In this document: piece by piece, positions 10,167-20,990 of the stretch | Layout of the letters: each line of letters begins with the position of its first letter | Position numbering within the stretch: the stretch's first letter is position 1 | NCBI GenBank assembly: GCA_963777315.1 | Contig: CAVZQC010000004.1 | Location: 128,001 to 192,000 of the forward strand | Source: Vulcanimicrobiota bacterium | Lineage (GTDB): Bacteria; Vulcanimicrobiota; Vulcanimicrobiia; Vulcanimicrobiales; Vulcanimicrobiaceae | Length of the DNA: 64,000 bases | Direction of reading: 5' to 3' | Notes under the pieces: model-generated | Databases searched by the model: none | What the model was told of the DNA's origin: nothing | The model's input: only the letters and a program-made list of their open reading frames with translations | Translations under genes and position numbers: made by a program

Positions 10167-12220
10167 TACGAGCGCTCCAGAATGGTGAGCCGGTTGCGAG
10201 CGCGCGCGGTCCAGTGCGGGGCGACGTAGGTGCACGCATCATCCTGCTCGATCAGCGCGGGGCCGCGAATATCGGCGCTGCCGCCCAGCAGTTCCCTTCG
10301 GTGGACCGGCGTGGGAACGTACGCGCCGTCCAGCCAGAGACCGCGCATCTCCGGCGCCGCGGAATGCGCAGGTTGCTCGGGCTGCGCCGGCAGGTCGGGC
10401 GGCGCAGCCAACGACGCGACGGCCGTCAGTCGCGCGTTGACCAGCTCCACCGGTTCGGTACGTACCGCATATCCATACCGTCGCTCGTGCTGCGCGTGAA
10501 ATAGCCGAACCACTTCAGCCGGGTCCGCCGAATACGGTACGTCCAGTTCGAAGCTTTGCCCGCGGTATCGAGCCTCGTACTCGCGCACGAATTGCATGCG
10601 CTGCTCCTCGGCGCCCTGCTCCGCAAGCGTTCGGCGTCCTTCATTTTCCATGCGTTCGAAAATGCTGCGCGCTTCGTGTGCCGGTACGGCGTCGGCGAGT
10701 CGTAATACCGGATGCACGAAGCTCGCGCGCAACTCGGCCACGAGTAAGCCGTACGCGGAAAATACGCCCGGATCGGGCGGCACGACGATGTGCCGGATTC
10801 CGAGCTCGTCTGCGAGCGCGCACGCGTGCAGCGGTCCGTTGCCGCCGAATGCGGTCAAGGAAAAATCTCGCGGATCCAGCCCGCGTTCCACCGTCACGAT
10901 GCGCAGCACCTTGGCCATTTGCGCATCGACGATGCGCACGATGCCTGCTGCGGTCGCTTCGGCCGAAAGACCGACGCGCTGGGCCAGCGCCGCGATTGCG
11001 CTTCGGGAACGGCTCCCGTCGATCGCAAACGTTCCGCCGGCGAGCGCGTGCGGATTGAGCCGTCCCAGCACCAGGTTCGCGTCGGTAACGGTCGCGCGAT
11101 CGCTGCGCCCATAGCATGCCGGCCCCGGATCCGCACCGGCCGAGATCGGTCCCACGCGCAGCGCTCCGGCATCGTCGGCCCATGCGATCGTTCCGCCGCC
11201 CGCGCTGATTTCGGCCAAGTCGACGAACGGAAAGCGCACGGGATAACCGCTGCCTTTGACGGACCGGCCGCTGTGCGTCGCGCCGGCTGCTTCGAATTCG
11301 GTCGCGATCTGCACCGCGCCGTTCACAATCGTTCCCGCCTTTGCCGTCGTGCCGCCCATGTCGAACGACAGCACGCGCTGCGCCGCCGTTTGCCGTGCCA
11401 AGTATGCCGCGCCGATAACCCCGCCGGCCGGCCCGCTTTCGATCGTCGCCGCCGGGCGCAGCGATGCGCTCTGCGCTGCCGCCATGCCGCCGTTGCTTTG
11501 CATGACGTAGAGCGGCGCATCGATTCCGCGCGCCCGCAAACCGCAGCCTAGCCGCTCCACATAGCGGCGCACGATCGGCGAGAGCGCAGCGTTGACCACG
11601 GCGGTCGAAAACCGCTCGTATTCGCGATACTCCGGATCGATGAAAGCCGAATGCGTCACCGGAACGTCCGGCAGCGCATCAGCCAGCGCCAGCGCCAGCC
11701 GGCGTTCGTGCGCATCGTTGGCATACGAATGAAGCAGCCCGATCGCCACAGCCTGCGGCCGGCGCGCGACGACTTCTCGCACGACCCGATCGACTTCGTC
11801 TTCTTGGAGCGCGATCGAAACGTTACCGCGATAATCGATGCGCTCTCGCACCGTTATTCGATCTTCGCGCGCCGCCAGCGGCTTGGGGCGCCTGACGAAC
11901 AGGTTGTAGACTTCGCTGCGGTTTTGACGGCCGATCTCGATGACGTCTCGAAAACCGTGCGTCGTAACGAACGCTACGCGCGGCAATTCCAGCTGCATTT
12001 GGCCCAGCAGCGCGTTGGTCGCGATGGTGCTCGAGTGTGCGACCTGTTCGATCTCCGGCCGGTGCGCGCACCGTTCGAAAAGACGATCGAAGGCTGCAAA
12101 TACGCCTTCTTCGGGCGCGCGGGGAACGGAAGCGACTTTAACGATGATGCGTTCGCCCGTTCGCACGTCCAGCGCGACCAGGTCGGTGAACGTGCCGCCG
12201 ACGTCGACGCCTACGCGCAG
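10166..12220 (-). CDS. Hydantoinase A / 5-oxoprolinase subunit (start uncertain)
   Basis: 'LRVGVDVGGTFTD' lies in frame upstream of the track start 12166; 'SFDMGGTT', 'SAGADPGPACYG', 'AFGGNGPLHA'. Confidence 0.92.
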   Translation of the reverse strand: MRVGVDVGGTFTDLVALDVRTGERIIVKVASVPRAPEEGVFAAFDRLFERCAHRPEIEQVAHSSTIATNALLGQMQLELPRVAFVTTHGFRDVIEIGRQNRSEVYNLFVRRPKPLAAREDRITVRERIDYRGNVSIALQEDEVDRVVREVVARRPQAVAIGLLHSYANDAHERRLALALADALPDVPVTHSAFIDPEYREYERFSTAVVNAALSPIVRRYVERLGCGLRARGIDAPLYVMQSNGGMAAAQSASLRPAATIESGPAGGVIGAAYLARQTAAQRVLSFDMGGTTAKAGTIVNGAVQIATEFEAAGATHSGRSVKGSGYPVRFPFVDLAEISAGGGTIAWADDAGALRVGPISAGADPGPACYGRSDRATVTDANLVLGRLNPHALAGGTFAIDGSRSRSAIAALAQRVGLSAEATAAGIVRIVDAQMAKVLRIVTVERGLDPRDFSLTAFGGNGPLHACALADELGIRHIVVPPDPGVFSAYGLLVAELRASFVHPVLRLADAVPAHEARSIFERMENEGRRTLAEQGAEEQRMQFVREYEARYRGQSFELDVPYSADPAEVVRLFHAQHERRYGYAVRTEPVELVNARLTAVASLAAPPDLPAQPEQPAHSAAPEMRGLWLDGAYVPTPVHRRELLGGSADIRGPALIEQDDACTYVAPHWTARARNRLTILERS

Positions 12221-12393
12221 GGTTGAAGCCTTCCGGCAAGCCGCTGCGCAACGAAGAACACGCCCACGGCAAACGCCGTGGCTACCAGCGCGATGCAGAA
12301 TAGCACCATCGAGGGCAGATTGGTTGTGATTTGCCCGAGGTCGCTAAAGAAGTTGGCGAAGAAGGCACAGCCGCTGCTCCGCGCATCGCCCAT
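12211..12393 (-). CDS. Small single-TM hypothetical protein (60 aa)
   Basis: MGDARSSGCAFFANFFSDLG..VLFCIALVATAFAVGVFFVAQRL; overlaps the subunit A start. Confidence 0.5.
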   Translation of the reverse strand: MGDARSSGCAFFANFFSDLGQITTNLPSMVLFCIALVATAFAVGVFFVAQRLAGRLQPCA

Positions 12394-12511
12394 GCGACCG
12401 CCGGGGTACACAATCACAAATTGAAACGCCCCCGTGCCGAGGGACGCCTGCCCGGCTCGAATCGCCATCCTATGCCTTTCCCCGGTGTCCGTCGCGCTTC
12501 CGGTAGGTGGA

Positions 12512-12540
12512 TTGACATCGAACATATGTTCGATTAGGAT
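12512..12540 (+). promoter_or_regulatory. Sigma70 promoter with LexA (SOS) box in the spacer
   Basis: TTGACA 12512-12517, 17-nt spacer, TAGGAT 12535-12540; palindrome ATCGAACATATGTTCGAT 12517-12534 matches GAAC-N4-GTTC. Confidence 0.92.
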
Positions 12541-12549
12541 CGTGTTCCC

Positions 12550-13254
12550 ATGGACCCCGAACCCAACCGCTCTGCCGCCTTCGACGCCCTCAAAGCCGGT
12601 CTGGACATGCGGGCCGCGGGCCGAATTATCGTTGCCGTAGAGGACGCTTTTCCCACGGGTTTTACCGATCTCGACCGCGCGCTGGGCGGCGGATTTCCGC
12701 GGGGAGCGTTGAGCACGCTCGAGGGACGGGCAAGCTCGGGCCGCACCGCTATTTTGGCCCGAACGCTGGCTTCCGCGACGGCCGGCGGTCTGGCTGCCGT
12801 GGTCGACGACGGAACGCTCTACCCGCCGGACCTGGAACGCGCCGGCGTGCGGCTCGCGCAAATGCTGGTCGTGTCCGCCCGTACGCCGGTGGAAATCGCG
12901 CGCTGCACCGACATCGTGTTGCGTTCGCGCGCCTTTGCGGTCGTCGCGATGCCGGCGGCGGCGCTGCGCGCCACGGTATGGTCGCGCCTGTGCGGTCTTG
13001 CGCAAAAAGCGGGCGCGGTCGTAGTCGCGCTGGGAATGCACCCCGGCAGCGAGCTGGCCTATTTCGCATCGGCGCGCGTGACGTGCGCGATCGACAAGGT
13101 TGTGTGGGCCGAGCAAAGCGGCGTGTTCTGCGAGCTGGCAGGCTATGAACTCTATGCTCGCGTGCTCAAACATCGGCGCGCCGTACCGGGTGCGACGGCG
13201 CGCGTGCGCATCGGAATGCAGCGTAACGGGCGTTCGGCATGCCTGGCGCGGTAA
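12550..13254 (+). CDS. imuA: ImuA, RecA-like mutasome protein
   Basis: 'PTGFTDLDRALGGGFPRG..EGRASSGRT', 'LYPPDLERAGV'; first gene of the SOS cassette. Confidence 0.85.
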   Translation: MDPEPNRSAAFDALKAGLDMRAAGRIIVAVEDAFPTGFTDLDRALGGGFPRGALSTLEGRASSGRTAILARTLASATAGGLAAVVDDGTLYPPDLERAGVRLAQMLVVSARTPVEIARCTDIVLRSRAFAVVAMPAAALRATVWSRLCGLAQKAGAVVVALGMHPGSELAYFASARVTCAIDKVVWAEQSGVFCELAGYELYARVLKHRRAVPGATARVRIGMQRNGRSACLAR

Positions 13255-14687
13255 ATCTGCTCGCGGCGCGGTTGCTGTGCGTTCACGTTCCCGCTTTCGC
13301 GCTGGTGGTCGCGCGCCGCGACCGTCCCGACGTGCCTGCGGACGAACCGGCGGTGCTGACCGATAAGCCCGATCGCGGACGGGTCATCGAACTCGACCCG
13401 CTCGCGCACGAATTGGGCGCGCGCATCGGTCAGACCGCGCTGCAGGCGCGCGCCGCCGCGGGCGGCGTTCGCGTGCTGGTCCACGATGCGCACCAGTCGC
13501 GCCTAGTGTGGAACGACATGCTCGATGCGCTGGACGCCGTCTCGCCGCTGGTCGACGACAGCGGTGAAGGCACGGCGTATCTCGACATGCGCGGCATCGC
13601 GGGCGATGCGCGGCAATGGACCGATCGCGCCGTAGACGCGCTGCGCGAATTCGATTTGCCGGTGCGCGCGGCGGTTGGCGAAAATAAATTCACGGCCCGC
13701 GCGCTCACGTACGCGCCGGACGGATGCATCGAAGGCCTGCCGATCGACGTGCTGCAACTCGATCCCCGCGCCGTCGAGCGTTTGCATTTGCTGGGCGTGC
13801 GCACGCTGGGAGAGCTTGCGGCGTTGCCGCACGGGCCTTTCGTGCGGCGTTTCGGCAAACACGCCGCGGCCTGGCACGATCGTGCGCGCGGCATCGATTC
13901 GACGCCGTTTCATCCGCGCGCGCACGAACTGCAGATTGCCGCAGCGGCGTACGGCGAGGGGAGCGCGCAGGCCGAAGAGCAAGTGGTATTCGCGCTGCGC
14001 GTGCTCGCCGATCGCGTGTGCAACGATTTAGAGCGGGCGGGTAAAGCGGCGTGCACGGCAAGGGTGAGTTTTGAATGCGAGGCAGGCGACACTTACGAAA
14101 TCGACGCCGGCTTTGCGCAAGCCACCGGCAATCCGCGCACGATGCTCGACGTCATACGCGCCAAGCTCGAAGGCCTCACGTTCACCTCGTGCGTTATCGG
14201 GCTGCGCATGCAGGCGATGCAGCTCCAAGAATGCGGCGCCTCCGCGACGCTCTTCGGGCAAAGCCGCCACGATCCGGCAGCGCTTGCCGTTGCCCTCGCG
14301 CGATTGCAAGCCGTTACGCACGATGCGCCGCAATGCGCGCATACGCGTCCGGCGCCACGGTTGGAGGATCGCTTTTCCTACGATCCGTTTCCTTGCGACC
14401 GCCGTCTCGATCCTTGCTCGAGCTCGCCGCCTGCACTCGTCGAAGGAAGCGCGCCCCAACTGCGTCTGCTCGCGGTAAAAGAAATCACCGTGGCGATGCG
14501 CGGCAACGCTCCGGTGCGCGTCCGCGACAAACGCGTTCTGGATTGTGCGGGCCCGTGGCGCGTCGACGACGGCTGGTTCGACACGCCGACCGTGCGCGAT
14601 GAATACGACGTTCTGCTCGAAGACGGATTGCTCTGGCGTATCTACCGTCAGGGCGAGCACTGGTATCTTCGAGGCGAGTACGATTGA
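13239..14687 (+). CDS. imuB: ImuB, catalytically inactive Y-family polymerase
   Basis: 'LHLLGVRTLGELAALP..RRFG'; C-terminal 'GPWRVDDGWF..RDEYDV..WYLRGEYD'. Confidence 0.88.
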   Translation: MPGAVNLLAARLLCVHVPAFALVVARRDRPDVPADEPAVLTDKPDRGRVIELDPLAHELGARIGQTALQARAAAGGVRVLVHDAHQSRLVWNDMLDALDAVSPLVDDSGEGTAYLDMRGIAGDARQWTDRAVDALREFDLPVRAAVGENKFTARALTYAPDGCIEGLPIDVLQLDPRAVERLHLLGVRTLGELAALPHGPFVRRFGKHAAAWHDRARGIDSTPFHPRAHELQIAAAAYGEGSAQAEEQVVFALRVLADRVCNDLERAGKAACTARVSFECEAGDTYEIDAGFAQATGNPRTMLDVIRAKLEGLTFTSCVIGLRMQAMQLQECGASATLFGQSRHDPAALAVALARLQAVTHDAPQCAHTRPAPRLEDRFSYDPFPCDRRLDPCSSSPPALVEGSAPQLRLLAVKEITVAMRGNAPVRVRDKRVLDCAGPWRVDDGWFDTPTVRDEYDVLLEDGLLWRIYRQGEHWYLRGEYD

Positions 14688-17600
14688 GTTACGCCGAACT
14701 CCATTGCCACTCCAATTTCACGTTTTTAGAAGGCGGGTCGCATCCCGAAGAACTCGTCGAATCCGGCATCGAGCTCGGCCTGCGCGCTCTGGCCATTACC
14801 GATCGCGACGGTCTCTACGGCGCCGTGCGTTTTGCCCGAGCGGCTGCCGAAAACGCGCTTCCCGGCATCATCGGCAGCGAACTGAGCCTGAGCGGCGGCG
14901 CGCGTTTCGTCGCGCTGGTCGAGAGCGAACGCGGCTATGCAAATCTGTGCGAGCTGATCTCCATCGGGCAACTGCGCGGCAGTAAAAACGCTCCCGCACT
15001 TCAGTACGAGGATCTCGACGGACGCACCGGCGGCCTGATCGCGCTGAGCAATCAGCCCGATGCCGAGCACATCGGTCTGCTGCGAGAGCGTTTCGAAGCA
15101 AATCTCTACCTGGAGTTGCAGCACCACTTGCACGCGGCCGATGCGCGCCGCTGCCGCCGCCTGATCGAGATATCCCAAGCGTTGCAGCTGCCGTACGTCG
15201 CGACCAACGGCGTCATGTATGCGCGCAAAGAACAGGCGCGTTTGGCCGACGCGCTCTTTTGCGTTCAGCGAAAAACCACGTTAGCGCAAGCCCGAGAAGA
15301 CGCGCTGCTGCGCCCGAACGCGGAATACCATCTCAAATCCCCGCGCATGATGGCTCAAATTTTTTCCGGCTATCCGCAGGCGATTCACAACGCGGCGGCG
15401 ATAGCCGAGCGCTGCGCGTTCCGGCTGGAGCGTTTGACCGGCCAGTTTCCGCTCTTTGCCGTGCCCGGCGGCTACACGCGCCAGAGCTATCTGCGCGAAC
15501 TGGTATACCGCGGCGCCGCCGAGCGTTACGGCATGCCGCTCGCGGCGAACGTGGAGCGGCAATTGGAATACGAGCTCGGCATGATCGCCAAGATGGATTT
15601 AGCCGGATACTTTTTGATCGTATGGGATATCGTGCGCGCCGCAAACGAGATGCACGTGCTTTGCCAGGGCCGCGGCTCGGCGGCAAACAGCGCGGTGTGC
15701 TATGCACTGGGCATTACTGCCGTCGATCCAATCGCCATGGATCTGCTGTTCGAGCGTTTCATGTCCGAAGGACGCCAAGAGATTCCCGACATCGACGTCG
15801 ATTTCGCGCATCAAGACCGCGAGAAAGTCATCCAGTACGTTTACGACCGCTACGGCCGCACCCACGCTGCAATGGCCGCCGAGGTCGTCACCTACCACAC
15901 GCGCTCGGCGATACGCGACATCGGCAAGGCCGTCGGCCTTACCCTCGCTCAAGTCGATGCCGTCGCCAAAGAGTACGATGCGAGTGAATCGCTCGAGGGT
16001 GCAACGGGGCTTGCCGGATGCCGCGATCTCGGCGAGCGGCTCATTTCTCTCTGCCGCCGCGTCGACGGTTTTCCGCGCCATATGGGCATTCATTCCGGCG
16101 GCATGGTAATCACGCGCGACCCGCTCGTGCGCGTTACGCCGGTGGAATGGGCCACGATGCGGGACCGCACGATCGTGCAATGGGACAAAGACGATTTGCA
16201 GGACCTGGGCCTGATCAAAATCGATTTGCTGGGACTGGGCATGCTCTCGCTGCTGCGCGAGGCGTTTGCGCTGCACGATCGAGTCCATCCCGACCAGCCG
16301 CGCTTAGCGCTGCATACGATTCCCCCCGACGATCGGGCGACATACGAAATGATGCAGAAGGCCGATACGATCGGCGTGTTTCAAATCGAATCCCGCGCCC
16401 AGCAATCGATGCTGCCCCGCATGAAACCGGCGTGCTTTTACGATATCGTCATGCAGGTCGCAATCATTCGGCCGGGACCCATTCAAGGGCAGATGATCCA
16501 TCCGTTTTTGCGCCGGCGCAGCGGCATGGAGCCGGTAACGTATCCTCACCCAAAACTCAAAGCAGTGCTGGAACGAACGCTGGGCGTGCCGCTCTTTCAA
16601 GAGCAAGGCATGCGCATGGCGATCGAGGCGGCCGGTTTTTCTCCGGCGCAGGCCGACAAGCTGCGCCGCGCGATGGGGCACAAACGCTCCCACGAGCGCA
16701 TGCGCGAAATCTATCCCAAACTGGTGGAGGGCATGGTGGAGAACGGCATCGATCGAGCCGCTGCCGAGCAGCTGTTCCATATGCTCGAAGGGTTTGCCGA
16801 TTACGGCTTTCCCGAATCGCACGCGGCCAGTTTTGCGCTGCTCGCATACGAATCGGCGTACGTGAAATGCCGCTATCCCGCCATATTCGCGGCCTCGATT
16901 CTGAACGTCCAGCCGATGGGCTTTTACTCCACCGAAGTGCTCGTCAACGATGCGCGCCGCCACGGCGTCGCGATAAAACCGATTACCGTAAACGCCAGCG
17001 AGTACTGGAGCTTCGCCGAGGCTCCGTCAACCTCGCAGGGCGCCGGCGCGCTGCGGTTGGGATTCCATCTCGTTCGCGGTTTGGGTGAAGCGCAGCGAAC
17101 GCGTTTGCAGGCCGCAATCGAACAAGGTCCGTTTGCCGATTTGCTCGGATTCGCCCAGCGCACGCAGCTCGAAAAGGAGGCGATGGAGAATTTGGCGGTA
17201 GCCGGAGCGTTTTCGCCGTGGTACCGATCTCGCCGCGAAGCTGATGTGGGCATTGCGCGGATTGGACGAACGCGAAACGCGCGGCGAACTGGGCCGCATG
17301 ATGGACGTCGCCGAACCGGCGGCGCATTTCAACGCAATCTCGGCACGCCGGGAAACCGCGTTCGATCTGTGGTCGACCGGCGTATCTCCCAAGAGGCAAG
17401 CCATCGCGCACATGCGTTCGCTGTTGACGCGTGAGGGCGCGATCGCTGCGGCACGGCTGGCGGACGTGCCGAATAAAAGCGTATGCCGCGTAGGCGGTTT
17501 GGTGATTACGCGCCAGCGGCCCGGCACGGCTAAAGGCTTCGTGTTTCTGACGTTGGAGGATGAAACCGGACTGGTAAACGTCATCGTGCGCCCGGACGTG

Positions 17601-17759
17601 TACGAAAAATACCGGCGTACGATCCGGCGATCGATGACGGTCATCGTCGAAGGGCAACTGCAAAAGGAGGACGGCTGTGTCGATCTTCTGGCCCGCACGG
17701 TGCAGCCGTTCGAAGCCTCCGATCTCTCCCGCGCAGTGCGTTCCAAGAACTTCAGCTGA
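14684..17759 (+). CDS. dnaE2: Error-prone DNA polymerase DnaE2, +1 frameshift near 17240-17243
   Basis: 'YAELHCHSNF', 'GRGSAANS', 'PDIDVDF', 'YGFPESH'; the OB-fold 'RQRPGTAKGFVFLTLEDETG' sits in ORF 17244..17759. Confidence 0.95.
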
Positions 17760-17782
17760 CGGTTGCGGCGTGCCGCTGCCGG

Positions 17783-19444
17783 CTATGCGATGTAATGCGA
17801 TTGCAGGCGTTTATAGGCGGCGGCTTGCTGCAGTTCGTGCAGCACGCTGCGCGCAGCCGCGCGCGCCTGCACTGCCGGTGCCCGCTGCGCCGTCGCCGGC
17901 GCCAGTGCCCACACGACGCCCACAAACCATCCCAGCCGCTTGGCTTCCTGCGTGACGCGCCGCTGCAAAAGAACGCGGTCGCCCCAGTGCGCCGCAGCGC
18001 GGCGCCGCAAATCCCGCAGAGGCGGATGCGCGTTCGTGCGCAGCGTCTCGATGACGGCTCGCAAAACTCCCTCAAGCAGCGCTGGATCCGCTGCGCAGAT
18101 CGAATCCGAAAAGCGCTCGGCATAGATCTCGCGCAGCGCTTGGTGGACGGCCGCATCGCGCAAGCTCGGCGCAAAACGGCGCTCCGGTGAGTTCGGGAAC
18201 GCGAACAAATCCAGTCCGACGTAAACGTTGACCCGCTGCGGCTTGAAAAACAAGCGCAGCGACTCGGTCAGCCAGGCGCCTTCGCGCACTTCGGCGCCGC
18301 CGGCACGGCAGCCGGCAAGCGTCGCAGCCGCGCGGCTTGCCAGGTTCCAATACCGCAGCGCAAGGGCTTGCGCATAACACGTCCGCGCGCGTTCCCACGC
18401 GAGATCGTCATCGCCCTTGAGCAGCGCATCCCGCGTCGCAATCGTCTGCACCGACAGCGCGTGAAAAGCGCTGCTGCAGTCTTCCAGGCCTCCGCTCGAC
18501 CAACGCCTTCCGGTTCTCCACGCGCACCGTCCGATCACTTCGCAGGCGTACGCGCGCACGTCGGCATGAGGCGCTCCCAGTTCGAGCGCCCGAGTCGCCA
18601 ATAGTTGCGCGCGAGCGTAATTCGAAGCGAGCAGTGCGAGCTGCGCTTGCCGGACGAGCGCGATCGCGTGTAAGAGTCCTTCGCCCTGCCCGGCCACCGC
18701 CAACGCGTACTCCAGCTCCGCGTGCGCCGTCGCCGTTTCTCCTTGATAGAGGTGCAGTTCGCTGCAGTCCAGGCCCACCTTCATGCGCGCGGAGGGCTCG
18801 ATTCTTTCCCACAACTGTTTCATCTGATCGATGGCGGCGTTCATGCCGGACAGATCGCCCCGGCAGCGTGCGATGTAGAGCGCGTTTTGCGCCACTTCGA
18901 ACAGCGCGCGCGGATCGCGGAATCCTCGATGATCGTAGACGTGCTCGTACGCCTGTGCGAGCAATCGATCGGCCTGCGGAATGTCGCCGCCCATCTCTGC
19001 GGCAAGCGCCGCGGCAGAAAGCGCGCGCGATCGATCGACTCCGCGATATTGCATCGGATCGATGCGCTCGGGAGCAAGCCTGTCGACCATCGGCAAAGCA
19101 ATCGGCGTCGGGGCCGGCTGCCTGTTGCCGGGCGTCGACGCAACCGCATGCATGCGGGCGAGTGCGGCGGTGCACAGCCGCCGGATCGCTTGGGAGCGCC
19201 GCCGATAGTAGAGGCGTTCGCTCAGGCCGCTGCGATCGCCGTCCAGCACGCGCCTGAGCAGCGCGACGCTTTCGTCCGAGGCGCCCGTCCCGAACGCTTC
19301 TTCGACCAATTGCGCTAACGCGCGGCGGATCGTTGCCGATCCGACCGCGCGCTGCAGCGTCCTTCCCAGAGTTATCCGGGTGAGTGTGCGCTCGTCCCCG
19401 CGGTGGCGCAGCAACGAGCGCATCTCACGTTCCAAAACGTTCAT
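17783..19444 (-). CDS. Hypothetical protein, possible N-terminal HTH plus TPR-like helical repeats
   Basis: 'GLSERLYYRRRSQAIRRL' HTH-like segment followed by Ala/Leu-rich helical repeats. Confidence 0.55.
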   Translation of the reverse strand: MNVLEREMRSLLRHRGDERTLTRITLGRTLQRAVGSATIRRALAQLVEEAFGTGASDESVALLRRVLDGDRSGLSERLYYRRRSQAIRRLCTAALARMHAVASTPGNRQPAPTPIALPMVDRLAPERIDPMQYRGVDRSRALSAAALAAEMGGDIPQADRLLAQAYEHVYDHRGFRDPRALFEVAQNALYIARCRGDLSGMNAAIDQMKQLWERIEPSARMKVGLDCSELHLYQGETATAHAELEYALAVAGQGEGLLHAIALVRQAQLALLASNYARAQLLATRALELGAPHADVRAYACEVIGRCAWRTGRRWSSGGLEDCSSAFHALSVQTIATRDALLKGDDDLAWERARTCYAQALALRYWNLASRAAATLAGCRAGGAEVREGAWLTESLRLFFKPQRVNVYVGLDLFAFPNSPERRFAPSLRDAAVHQALREIYAERFSDSICAADPALLEGVLRAVIETLRTNAHPPLRDLRRRAAAHWGDRVLLQRRVTQEAKRLGWFVGVVWALAPATAQRAPAVQARAAARSVLHELQQAAAYKRLQSHYIA

Positions 19445-19485
19445 GGGCTACCGCATGAAGCGTTTCAGAACCGATTCACGTGACC

Positions 19486-20862
19486 TTACGTTCCCGGCAG
19501 GATGGACGGACGCCAAGTGCGCCGATGAAGCAGCTGATCGCGAACCCGCTGCGGAAGCGTCATTCGAGCGGCCGCCGCAGCCCGAACGGTGACCGCAGCC
19601 GTGGTCGGCACGAGCAATACCGCGGGCATTTGGCTGGTATCGTTGAGGTCGACCGCTTGGCCCACGATCCATCCGCGATCGTTGATGTCGCCGGCGTAGA
19701 CCACGTAGAGCGACGACGACGCGACCAAGAGATTCAAATCCGTCATCTGTCCGTGCTCGAAGACGAAACCGCGACACGTGCCGGTCGCGTCGCACGAATA
19801 GCCGACCGACTGACCCCGATTGTTCAATCCCAGCGACTCGCTGAGCGTATCGCCCGGAAGCGTTCCCAGATCGGTGACCGCGCCATGCCGCCAGCGCGCC
19901 GCATGGTACGTGGTGTTTCCGGTCAACGCCGACTGCCCGACGACCTCGCCGCGGTCGTTGATTGCGGCCGCTATGTTCGCGGTCGTGCCGCCTAGGGATG
20001 CCAGCGCCGTGGGCGTCCCGTCCGGCGCCCAGCGCACCGCGTGCGTCGTCCCGTATCCCAGACTGTTGGGTGGTCCGCACGGACCGGATGCTCCCACCGC
20101 CGCGCCGGCGTCATTGATGGCCACCGCCTGCGAAACCGTGTCGCCCGGTACGGGAGGCAGCGCGCGCGGGCGCCTATTGCCCCGCCAGATCACGGCGTTG
20201 TAATCGAGCTTCTGCGGCGCTCCGCAGCTCGCATCGCGCGTTGCGGTTTCCGCAAATCCGACTACGAGCCCGCTGTTGTTGACGCCGGCTGCGAACGAGT
20301 TGTTTCCGCCCAACGTCGAAAGGGGGCTGAGCGCGTACTGCTTCCAAAGAAAGCCGGCGCAAAGATTCGTCGAGGAGCCGCCGCAGAATTGCTCGTCCAG
20401 CGGGTCCGTCTGCGCCAGAGCCGAAAAGCCGGCGATCGAGCCGTGAGTGTTTTTCACCGGCCACCCGACGCCGCTGGTCGGTCCGCCTAGCGTCCCCAAG
20501 TCCACTCGCGCGCCGTTCGCCCACAGAACGGCGTGAGTGGTTGCATTTCCGCTCAGCTGCGAAATGCCGCTTATCCAACCGCGGTCGTTGATGCTGTTTG
20601 CGGTACTCGCGCTGCCGCCGAGCGTTCCGAGGTTCACGATGTAGTAATGGGTCAGGCCGCGGGCCGCCTGCACCTGCGCCGTAGATTGTGCCTGCGCCGG
20701 CGTCTGCGCGCCGGTGCCGGATACGCTTTGCAAAGCGCCTCCGGACGGCACGACCGAATCGGACGAGCTGCCTCCGCTGCTGCACGCTGCCAGCAGGGCG
20801 CCTGCCGCGCAGAGCCACACGAGGGACCGGGAAGTTTGCCAAGAGATGGACACCGCAATCAC
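19486..20862 (-). CDS. HAF-family extracellular repeat lipoprotein
   Basis: Lipobox 'LLAAC'; repeated 'DLGTLGG..A..IN(D/N)RG..VG..HA(V/A).W'. Confidence 0.85.
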   Translation of the reverse strand: MIAVSISWQTSRSLVWLCAAGALLAACSSGGSSSDSVVPSGGALQSVSGTGAQTPAQAQSTAQVQAARGLTHYYIVNLGTLGGSASTANSINDRGWISGISQLSGNATTHAVLWANGARVDLGTLGGPTSGVGWPVKNTHGSIAGFSALAQTDPLDEQFCGGSSTNLCAGFLWKQYALSPLSTLGGNNSFAAGVNNSGLVVGFAETATRDASCGAPQKLDYNAVIWRGNRRPRALPPVPGDTVSQAVAINDAGAAVGASGPCGPPNSLGYGTTHAVRWAPDGTPTALASLGGTTANIAAAINDRGEVVGQSALTGNTTYHAARWRHGAVTDLGTLPGDTLSESLGLNNRGQSVGYSCDATGTCRGFVFEHGQMTDLNLLVASSSLYVVYAGDINDRGWIVGQAVDLNDTSQMPAVLLVPTTAAVTVRAAAAARMTLPQRVRDQLLHRRTWRPSILPGT

Positions 20863-20990
20863 TCCTTCGAAGACGTTGAGAAGGCCTCATAAGACGCAAG
20901 CGGCTGCCTCTCCCGAGCGGCAGTTTTCAGCAAGATTAAAAAGCCTTGGCCCTGAAAACATTTCCGTATGCCTTGAGAAAGGACGCAATC

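Noticed and set aside
17244..17759. Naturally split dnaE2 with a separate OB-fold gene
   Set aside because: A single-base removal restores 'RREAMWAL' continuity, and similar +1 events occur elsewhere in the window.
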